Assembly (NCBI RefSeq): GCF_963853765.1
Contig: NC_088857.1
Span: 37,820,001-37,884,000, forward strand
Origin: Magallana gigas
Lineage: Eukaryota
Length of the DNA: 64,000 nt
Direction: 5' to 3'
In this document: piece after piece, positions 25,848 through 36,700 of the stretch
Numbering within the stretch: position 1 is the first letter of the stretch
Layout of the letters: each line of letters starts with the position of its first letter
Made by a program: the position numbers and the translations under genes
Notes under the pieces: model-generated
Databases searched by the model: none
What the model was told of the DNA's origin: nothing
The model's input: the letters and a program-made list of their open reading frames with translations, nothing else

Positions 25848-26706
25848 GTGCTAGTTACAATACTGAATTTTAAGTCACAAACTGATATAAAAATGTATAT
25901 TATGGGATGATGTTTATATTAATTAACAACTATTTTGTATAGCTGTGTTTTCAAATTTATATAAGTTATTTTAAATCGATATGCACATTTTAGGAAGAAA
26001 AACATTGAATTCAAAACAAAACAAATCAGTTCAGAAACTACACAATCAAATTATTATTTTTATAAATTCAAACATCTTCTTGGTAGGCGCAACAAATCCT
26101 TTAACAATCCTTTAATTTGATATTTAAACTAGGCTGCCAGAGTCTTTGGCGCCTTTGGTTTGAAATTTTACATTGCTCTAATATTACTACTACGTTTGTA
26201 ATCCCTTTCTGTAAACTTCGCATACAGAACACACAGGGACCACTACTTGGTCGGAAAATCTCGTTTTGTTTGACTACTATCCAGCTCATAACCAATGCAA
26301 CTATAGTCAAGCAATAGGGCCTTCCATTTGTCACAGCATCAAGGCTCACGGGCGAGCAGAACAGCACGCAGGTTACCTCAATCTTCCAACGTACGATAGT
26401 CTTATACACGTCCACTTTACAACAAATGGCGAGCTTCTTACTAACCTACAACTTCTCTCCTGTCAGACAACTGGAAAAGGCCGTGTGGATATCGTACTAA
26501 ACAACGCAACCATTGCTGAGGCTTACAATGAAACCAGTGTATGGGCCTGGGATTGGACTCTTCATGAACTAAACCCGGCACAACATAAGGGTACTCATAA
26601 CTACACGTTGGTCATCGTGAAAGACAGGAAAGTTAGAAGTTATGGCCACTACTGGCTTAGAAACATCAGACTTGAAACTACGGTAGTCCACCATGGGCAT
26701 AATTAA
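21453..26706 (+). CDS. Paralog A: secreted Ly6/uPAR-like + ShKT + unassigned beta-rich domain protein, 7 coding exons, 309 aa
   Basis: Exons 21453-21468, 21658-21714, 22123-22202, 22875-22934, 23494-23587 (GC donor), 25474-25617, 26228-26706; 930 nt with compatible phases. Translation MPFTRYGVFLFTIVAVVLHG-QDHNDPPVHCVSCHDVHNARVCPHLIQCDGECFERTEDVNGTRTKSYGCVKRKDCTASASIIGRRSSLSNTTTYCKKELCNK-DIHHFIEPLTEPCVDISVGDCRDPAALEAICSDCELAQYCRKSCRLCQ-EHTGTTTWSENLVLFDYY...GHYWLRNIRLETTVVHHGHN*. Exon boundaries and phases recur in the other paralogs. Hydrophobic N-terminus, Cxx C...CN three-finger pattern, ShKT CxxxCxxC end. Confidence 0.88.
21762..21895. mobile_element. MITE in intron 2 of A (orthologous copy at ~39010-39204 in B)
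   Basis: Perfect 15-bp TIR actgtagattcctta / taaggaatctacagt; same position and orientation in B intron 2. Confidence 0.7.
25154..25306. repeat. ~150-bp near-perfect palindrome at the end of a ~380-bp insertion unique to intron 5 of A
   Basis: aggaatgaattcaatatttattagttttatacaatataaaatggttt pairs with aaaccattttatatcgtataaaactaataaatattgaattcattcct, around an inner ataaaccgc-ttc-gcggtttat hairpin. Confidence 0.8.
25783..25847. repeat. Compound (TC)n(TA)n microsatellite, intron 6 of A
   Basis: Direct; counterpart in the same intron of C at 51252-51320. Confidence 0.95.
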
Positions 26707-27753
26707 TGACAAAAACAAGGAAATATCGGAATAAATTGAAAATATGTTTTTGTTTTCCTTTCGCTCTTTTTTTTCATTCTTGTATCATCTTTTATTATAA
26801 GATTTTTGGAAAAACAAAGTTATAAAATTCATAAAAACAATAACTATCAAATTCAGTATATTTTATTTTATTATAATAAATGGATGAATTGCGCAGAAAT
26901 TAGCATTTCTTGAAAATTGTACACAATCGATACCATATTTAAAATTACGATCAATTTCGTCTATTGTTATCTCATCTAAATAATGTTCACCATGCGCATG
27001 GAAAATAGTCGTCGAAATTATTTACCGGTGTTGTATAGTCCTTTTCCCCATAGCCAACTCCTCGAAAAAAAATGGCTATATAGCTGTTTCTCCTCACGGA
27101 AAGCTGACTATAGTGGGATTTCCCCCATTTAATAGCCAGATTAACCCCACAAAAAACCTACTTTATCCTAGATTTTCTCCCTGTTTTACATTCCTGTAAT
27201 GTTTATGGCGGACCTACTCATAATAAAGGGTAATAAATGCATTATTAATTATACATAGTATAAAATACATGTTTTTTTTACACCTTATATGAGAAAAGGC
27301 ACGCACATTCATCACACTTTTGTAGCATAACCCTTTATTTTACCCTTCGTTGCGCCTTTTGGAAGACCTTGCACCTTTTTTCGGATTTCGGAATACCTTG
27401 GATTTTTTTCTGTTTTCAATGCATGTCTACAGTTTTGACTATAATGTTATGACATGGACATTTAAAGAATTAAAGAAGACGTCACAAAACATTTCAGCTT
27501 GGAAAATACGCCAGTTTGGATATTAGAAAACTAGAATAGAGCTGTGTAAAATTTTTCACATGAAAATATAAATGAATTATCTATCAAAAATATGATATAA
27601 TACAATACCTTATATTGTTAACACGTTTTAACCATTTAAAACTAACGCTTTAAAAAAGTCAAATGTTGTCTTACTTCGGAAATTTTAAGTTTAAAAACCG
27701 TGAAAAACACAGAAGGTCTGTCGCACGGCAAGGAAAATGCAAAAGTGGTTTAA

Positions 27754-28244
27754 AGGGGCATGGTCACGATTTTGGTCAAATTCTATGTTTATGTTTTTAT
27801 CATTTACAATGCTTTATAAATGCATTTCTAATCATCAAATAAAATTTGAGAGTCATTCGTAGAGTTATAAGCAAGATACAGAGCTCACAACTCTTTGTCA
27901 TGTAAACAAGGCTCGTGCCCCGTTTCTGTTTACATAAGTTCAATATACCAGTAAAAAATCTTTTTCTAGCTTATTTGTCTATCTTTTTATTTATTCTAAG
28001 CATAGATAAACAGTTCCTAACGTTTAACACATTCGGTTTATGTTTAAAATGAAATTTTTACTTCAACCTTCAAAATGTAAACAAACGCTTTGTTTACATA
28101 GCGAAGAATTGCAAGCTCTGTAACTCGCTTATAACTCAACAAATGACACTCAAATTTCGGTTGACTATCAAAATGCTTTTCTGGAGCATTGTAAATATTA
28201 AAATCGGAAAAATAATTGTTTTCCGAAATCGTGACCATGCCCCT
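27754..28244. mobile_element. Kolobok-type non-autonomous DNA transposon (TTAA target)
   Basis: TIR AGGGGCATGGTCACGATTT / AAATCGTGACCATGCCCCT, flanked by TTAA on both sides (27750-27753, 28245-28248). Confidence 0.8.
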
Positions 28245-29244
28245 TTAAATCACTTCTACAGTTTACATAATGTATTAAAGAACATTTCTTTCAATTTTAT
28301 TCAACCATTAAAACGTGAAAAAATGCAATTCATCAATTTTAAGATAAGTTAAAAAGAGAAAACTACTTCAGTTATTACCAGGATATGACGCTGGTCAGCT
28401 TATGAGGAACCATTTATCAAGTCACCGGGAACGTCGCTGGGAAATTTAAGGACAAAAATCTATCATATGCATTAATCAATTTGAATATAAAATACACGTT
28501 CTGCAATCAATATCAAACCCATATAAACCTTACAAATATTACAGCTTAAATTTTTTTAATCACTTCTGGTAACGATAGGATATAACAACGAACACTGTGA
28601 TGTTTTAAATCCGTCCGTAAAGATAACAGTAATATTATATAACTCTGAAAAAACCCCTGAAGTATCGAAGAAAAATCAAAGATATTTGATTATTATCTCG
28701 AGCATTTATAGCTTAGTCGGGCATGTAGCTTTAGGGGAGGGGCGCAGGGGACCTGTCCCCACTTGCTTTTTGGCGCAGATCTTTCTTAAACTTACATATA
28801 AAAGATTGAAATGAAAATAAGGAAATGAACAGTGAACAGGTAAACTATCCCATCCCCTTCCACGAATTAGGGTTTTCACAAATTTGGAATGTTTTTTTTT
28901 AATTTTGCTTGTCAAGATGATTTGGATGAGTCTGCCCTCCCCTCCTTCACTTTCAAAAACGATGCTATGTGCTTGTTTGTCTAACTCAATGTGAATTCAT
29001 ACGAAACTATAATTTAAATAAAGCATTTAATTTAAATCGGCTTCAGTATTATATTTTTGTGTAATGTTGTCGATTGAAATAAAAACAACGTTCTAAGACT
29101 TTTATTTGTTATGTAATTTCATTCATTAAGAAGGCTAGGTAGTCAACAAATTAACCATCAGATCTGACTTAACTTTTAACATATGAACATTTTGGCCATT
29201 AACTAAACAAAGCTAACGCTAGCAGCCACTGATAGCAGCCACGA

Positions 29245-29395
29245 GAGCATTTCTCGTCATTACGAGATCTTTTCTCGTAATATTTAATAACGAGATAATA
29301 AATTCGTAATAACGAGAAATTACGCAATCTTTTCTCATGATAACGAGACAATTTACTAGTAATACCGAGATATTTTCTCGTAAGTACGACACAAG
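29245..29395. repeat. Array of short palindromic ctcgtaataacgag-type repeats
   Basis: Repeated ttctcgt(a/c)at(a/t)acgaga motifs, about six copies. Confidence 0.65.
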
Positions 29396-30737
29396 AATAT
29401 TTTTTTATGTTTTCTATAAAGGTACGTCGTACTTGTATGTGTAATTCTAATCATCCTAGCGTTAGAAATATTAATTATAAGTTAACGCAAGTGATCTGCA
29501 ATATGTTGTTAAATGAAATGTCATTAATCATTTATTCATTTTTCTGGATTTTTTGTTAAATTGAATGATTTATTGTTATTTGTTAATTTTTTTTTATGAT
29601 AAAGAGTTACGGTTTCTTTTTGTTAAAATTACAAAACTACACAACTTGATTTCTTTAAGGCCAACAAGTCTAAGACGTAGAAGCTTAAAACAAGAGGGCA
29701 ATTCATTCATTTACTAGCCAAGCATCCCCCAAAATAGTTTACCGTCGCAAAGATACTGAGGTTCATATGTATGATTTGACTGGTCAATTTAGACAATGAA
29801 TCTCCAAATCTGGAATCACGTTTTTTGAATTCCATATTTCGACTTTTGAATCTTGAATCTCTAATGATCCTTTTAGTATTTCGTACACGTATCTAAGCGT
29901 TTTTATTTAATTGTGATGAAATGTTATGCAGATGTTGACTGTGGTTGAGGATTGAGGGTAATAGAATTATTACAGCCCCCAAGGGACTAAATATGTAACG
30001 CAAGTATGCAAAGGGCAATATATTGCTGTTTATATCGAGTATTACAGACGTAGTATGGTATATGGATTCATTAAACATTCAATAAAAATAACCCTGAGGA
30101 CAGCATACTTCTGTGAATTTAATTTCCAAAGCGAACACTTTATAATTTGTCTATAACATTTGTATGTCATTTTTTACAACTGTTCAATTTCATAAATGGT
30201 ATGAAAGCAAAATCTTTTTATTAGTCTGCGCATTAACATACACAATGAAAACTTTACTTGTCAATGATGCTGAGTTGTTGCTTGTTAACAAGTTTGAGTT
30301 ATCGGACTTCAAATTAAATCTAGCAACTTGGATAACACTAAATAAGTTGCGAGAGTAAATGCGAGGAAAATCGAACAATTCCAGTAAATAGTTTCGATAA
30401 CTATTTTCCATGGGCAAATAGCACATAAGTATTATATGGAAAACGTTATTTAGATATTGAAATAACAATATAATTGGTCTTAGTTTTACATTTAAATAAA
30501 AATGCATCAATTGTTCACTATTTTTAAGAGGAACTAATATTTCATTTCTGAGCAATTCGTCCATTTATAATTATGCAGTAGAATACACTATTATTATAAA
30601 ATGACAATTATTGTTTTTATGAATTGTCTAACTTTGTTTTCCAGTTATTTTGATGATAGATGAAACAACAATGAAAATAAGAGCGGAAGGAAAACAAAAA
30701 GATATTTTCACTTTATTCCGATATTTTATTGCTTTTG

Positions 30738-33700
30738 TCATTTATTATGTCCATGGTGGACTACCGTAGTTTCAAGTCTGATGTTTCTAAGCCAGTAGTG
30801 GCCATAACTTCTAACTTTCCTGTCTTTCACGATGGCCAACGTGTAATTATTAGTACCCTTATGTTGTGCCGGGTTCATTTCATGAAGAACCCAAACCCAA
30901 CCCGGTTTAGTGTCGTAATTAGCCTCAGCAATGGTTGCGTTGTTGAGTGTAATGTCCACACGGCCTTTTCCAGTTGTCCGACATGAGAGAAGATGTAGGT
31001 TAGTAAGAGGTTCGCCATTTGTTGTAAAGTGGACGTGTATTAGACTATTGTACGTTGGAAGATTAAGGTAATCTCCGTGATGTATTATTGCTCGAGCTTG
31101 TGCCTTGATGCTGTTGCATATGGAAGGCCCTATTGCTTGACTATAGTTGCACTTGTTATGAGCTGGATAGTAGTCAAACAAAACGAGATTTTCCGACCAA
31201 GTAGCGGTCCCTGTGTGCTCTGAATACGAAATGGACGGAAAGAAATAACAAACGTGGTACTAGTATTAGAGTAATGTAAAATTTCAAACCAATGGCGTAA
31301 AAGATTATGGCTGCCTAATTTAAATATCAAATGAAAGGTTTCTTAAAAAACATTTTGTTATGCCTACCTTGAAGATGTTTGAATTTGAAAATATTAATTT
31401 GATTGTGTAGTTTCTGAATTGATTGGTTTTGTTTTAAATTCAATATTTTTTATCATAAAATGTGCGTATGAATTTCAAATAATTGTTTTGTTTTATGATC
31501 TGTTTTTATAAGTTAATTTTTCAATTTGAAAACACCGCTACACAAAATAATTGTTACTGAAAATAACATCATCCCATAATATACATATTTATAACAGTAT
31601 GTAACTTTTAAAAAATTCAATATTTTTATAAACATATATATATTTTTATACAGAGCTTTTCTTTCCAGGAGATTAATAAAGTCTAAAATGCCAACAGCCA
31701 TTAATCCTTGTTAAAATGCCGCATTCAATTACACAGCCAAAAGTTATAATAATTTTAGAAAAGCAATACAAAAGAAAATGTGAATAAAATGATGTTTCGA
31801 CAATATAATAATAATAATAATATAATATCTAAATATATTGAAGGTAGTAAAAGACCTTGGCAAAGTCCACATGATTTTCGACAATACTGAGCCAGTTCAC
31901 AATCACTGCAAATGGCCTCCAATGCTGCAGGGTCTCTGCAATCTCTCGCAGATATATCTACACACGGTTCAGTGGGTGGCGCGATGAAGTGATGTATATC
32001 TAAAGAGAAAGTGTTTCATTATGTGAATATCTGATAGTTTTAATTCAATATTTGAAATCTGTCGAGTAAACCAGGTTTGTCTTCCAGTGGTAAGGTCGTT
32101 ATGCCTTTGTGTAGTGCACTGTCACTTCTTTTAATTTGTATGGCCGACTCAAACCTTTTTTCTTTATATGTTTTATATCATGCATATGTTTTATAATTTT
32201 TGTAATCAATTCAACTCTATGCACTTTTTTAAAACTATGTTTCAGAAACACATACATGCAACTCGTTTGCCTCAGATATACTAGTAAATAATTAAACTAA
32301 CTTAGTTTTACGATGATAGGATGATGCATAGGATGATTTTCAAAATTTCAATTTCAAAACAACATTAAGAAAAATGCACATGTACTTATAACTTAGCTTT
32401 GCTGGCCTTTTAATTTTCTTTCATAGTATGTAATTGCAAACCGTTCAAATTGAAAAAAACCCAATCATATTAAATTAAAACCATGTAGATTGAGCTTTGT
32501 AATTGATGAGTTTTAATAATGTCTAGACCAAATTCTTAATTAAAAAATATTAGAAAGGAGGAGTTGTCCTATGGGCGGCTATGAGGCAGTATCATAAACA
32601 GTGATAATGGTATCGTTTTATAACTAAGAGAAAGGGATTCACCACAACTGTTGGTCTTATAAACACAGCCGCTTGTTTTTCTGTAATAAAGAATTCAACC
32701 TATAGTAACCTATAGCACCTCTGCGAATGTTATTGTCATTTAAATTTAGACCACGTGGTTTTATTAGAAATTTTTAATATATTTTAACGGTTAATTAAAA
32801 AAATCATAAATAAGATTATATATCAATATATAAATGGATTAATTTAATACTCATTTAGTTTTAATGAAAAAGATTTTTCAGAATGGGGTGCCTAGGAACG
32901 CGGTTAGACTAATTAACGTCATGGCAGAAAGTGAAGGCCGAGTTGACCATTGGGTAGATACTTTATATCTAACAACTTTGGTTCAAAATATGCAAATTAA
33001 TGTGCATACACTTGCCTTTTTTAATTTCCAATATTTTTTTAACTCGACAGATTGGTACATGTAGTTATAAGTTATATTAGGGTGGCGTGGGACATATGTC
33101 GATAATAATGTGAATTGAGGTACAGTATAATTGACATACTTTCACCAGTTTAGGATTTTCAAATTTCACTATTTTTTACATTATTTGATCGGAAAATACG
33201 TTTTAAAATGTTTTTAAAGGTGAAAATTAATTTTTTTTATCAAGATGGATACAAAAAAACGGAATTAAAATATCCAGGGGGATTCGAACTCATGATTTAC
33301 ATATTTGTAGTGAAAACTTAAAAAGGATACGGCGTGCATAAATTGAAATTAAAAAAAATAAATGCATAAAATAAGGAAGTTAAATGTGGATGGGGTTCCC
33401 CAATTATTTTTTTGAAAACATTCTTTAATTTGAAAATCTTTGTTTGAATAGTGCTTAAAATTATAGTGAAGTTTGACCTAAAGAACAAAATTAAGAATAT
33501 AGCAATTTAGAATAAATACCTACTCAATGGTTTAAAATAAGATTTTAAAAAGTTAGCTATTTTTTATTCAAAGTCAGAGGCAACAAAATGAAACAGAGCT
33601 ACATACAGTACATATAAACACCATTCGTTTTTGTTTAGATTTTACGTCCCTGTCGGCTCCTCTAAATATCCAGTCATGCAATTTTTTAATTTCAACTTTA

Positions 33701-36700
33701 AAGAATATACAAAAATTAACCCAAAAAATAAGGTTGTACAAATGAAGCATTGTTGGGGTTTTTTTTCAAGTGTAAAGTGTTATCTAGTGTCATATATGAT
33801 TTTGAAGGTACTTTACTGTAAAAGAGAATGATTGTAAACATTATCCCATGCGTTTCGTCTAAAAGTAAAAATGATTGCAATGTATGTAAGGGAGATACTC
33901 CACGGATTGAAAGGTAGATATATTGGGTTTAATTTAGGAACAAAGCAGTTGAATGATTAAGATCTCTTTTAAATTTGACATCGTGCTGAATTGGTTTACA
34001 AATGTTAACAGACCTTTTCTTTAATTAAGAACACTTGCCTTTGTTGCACAGTTCTTTCTTGCAGTATGTAGTTGTGTTTGATAGAGAACTTCTTCTTCCG
34101 ACAATATTGGCTGACGCAGTACAATCCGTTCTCTATAATATATATAGCAGATGATTCAAAATTTGTTATATGGTAGTCCTTTAACTGTATCTAAAAAAAA
34201 TACTTTATTTGCTTGAGTCTTTGTTAATCTGTTCATACAAAAAGAGTGTAAACCAAGTTGTCTTTGTCTTCGAAAAAAAATTTACGAGGTTTGTTATGGC
34301 TTCGTTTCGGGCATATTTTTTGAAGCGAAGCGAATCCATCACAACCGCAAGGCTGTTACAGTAATAAAAACATGGGGTGGAGTAGACTTGGTCACGAAAC
34401 GTTGCCGCGAACCATTTTATTCCCGGTCAATCGCAGAATAAAGTCTTTGCGAAAAAAAGTTGATTTACATTAATCAAATTACATACGTATCATTAATAAA
34501 TTTTGCAATGAACATGTACAACGTGATTTGGAACTGCTAAAAGACTATATATTTTTGAAAATTGAAGAATACACCTCAACATTTATAAGCATACACGATT
34601 AGCTGTAAGATGAAATAGAAGTAAACGATACAGTTAAAAATGTAAATAAATGGACGGATGGTCGCGGGAATTTTAAATTGTAATTGATCTCATTGAAAAG
34701 AAACTTTCTGCGTAAAGACTTTGCTAAAAAATCATTTAAGACAACGATACTTTTTTCATAAGATATTATTTATTACTAAAACTTTATATCCAATAATTTA
34801 AGGTAGATCCGACGGGTGATAAGTTGACCACTCAGTCTCCCTAAGAAGCTTTGAAATCGACAGAGTTATCTATCTTTAAAGAATGCTTGTAATGTTACTA
34901 ATTCTGTCTTTATTTACCTTTACACAGCCGTATGACTTTGTCCGAGTCCCATTCTGGTCCTCTGTTCGCTCAAAACACTATCAAAGATATAATAGTAATT
35001 TGTACGCTTTATTTTTCTATTCAGTAAAACAAATATGCCATATACCAAGAAACATATTACGCATTTAAAGCAAAACACTTTTAATCACAAAGTAGTGTTT
35101 TTAAAAAAGGAAATTTAAATTTAATGATTATTGAGAACGTTTTGTCGTTTGGAATTCATTTATTGAGACAATCAAAGATCGAATAATTTGGCCATTCCTC
35201 TACTTTATTTTTGTCAGAAACTAAAGGCCAGGCTTGCCATGTTGTCGCATTGACTAATTATTTAAAGGTTCGAGCTCAAGGTTTAGATCAAGGTCAATTC
35301 TTCGTTCATTTTGATAGTAAGCCCCTGACACGTTATCAATTTTCAGCCATACTTGCCAAATCATTGCAATTCTATGAGGGTAAGATTGGACGATTAAGAA
35401 CTCGATCATTCGTTTCGTATTGGGGCTGCAACAGAGGCAGCAATGAGGGAGCATCCGTGATCAAGTTATTAAACAATGTTGTGCGGAGTTGAACTAATTC
35501 ATACTATTAAATGCTCTTTATAATGTTGCAAAGTGTTGATCCCAGATATGACTATTATTTGGTCAGATACGTTCCCACGACTGTACTGGTGCAATGCAAA
35601 ATCGGCTAGCAAGATTGATGCCATATGCAAAGCTGTAAATCGTACTGTAAAGCAATTTCTAAGACGAAAGGGGTTTGGTCTAAAGGCATCAACAATCACT
35701 TTTGCACAGAAGCCGCTGTAATTCCGTTATGACAGAACACATCTTAATAATTTGGGCGATGCAGCATTCCTCAACAGCCTTTAGAGGGCCTTGAAACCAT
35801 GGTGCGTTAATCATCAAACATCATTCCCAGATGATAAATACAGATTAGTATGTTCAGTTTCGTTACATTTATCAGTGCACTTTTACATTAATTAGGCCTA
35901 TGGTAAGGCTTGATGGGTGAAAAAAATTACAGTTTAAGCATTCACATTCATCGCAATTTAGTGGCGGGTGAACTCGTAGAGACAAGTTCATTTAGCGGAA
36001 TCCGGATCATCACGATAGAGGATTTCTTTTATGTCTGTCTCAAAACTCTGGAGGCGGGGGTATCCATCTTCAGTGCTGGGGAGGATTCAGGCGTTACTTC
36101 ATTAGTACATGAAAGACCGGCTTGACCTTGGTGCAAAGGGCAAGCTTGGTAGGGGGCTACCCCTGTGGTGGTGCATTATAGGCGGCAGTTAAAAGTTAGG
36201 GCCCGAGCGAGAACTTGATTTGCTCCTTTGGTGTTGGAAGTCACTCTGGTGTGCTTCTAATTAAAAAACTTCTATGACGTCACCCATGTATTTTGTCAAC
36301 ATTTATTTTCACTATTCAATCAACAGTGGTTGGATATATAAATATCCAACTGATGGGCAGTTGGATATTTTTAATATCCAACCGCCTGTCAGTTGGATAT
36401 TCAAATATCCAACAGTGCATAAAACAAACAAAAATGACAAAATGTTAAAACATGTATTTCCAACATAAATCCAAATTTATAGAATCTTGTCATCCGTAAA
36501 TGTATATCCGATAAGCCACAAATGAAATTTCAGCAGAAATATCTCCTTTTCTTAATTTTGATTGATTTGGGATCACATATAAATCAATTCCATAAACAAT
36601 TTTAGACTTCCTCTTTGAACCTTGAACTATATCACTCCTTTTCCTTAGTTTTAACAATATAGGGAATATTGTCGCACTTTTACTTCATAAGACTCCTATA

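Noticed and set aside
26101-26415. Overlapping or antisense ORFs on the last exons (26101-, 26117+, 30729+, 31130-, 60109-)
   Set aside because: Shadow frames of the real exon 7 sequences, repeated only because the genes are paralogous.
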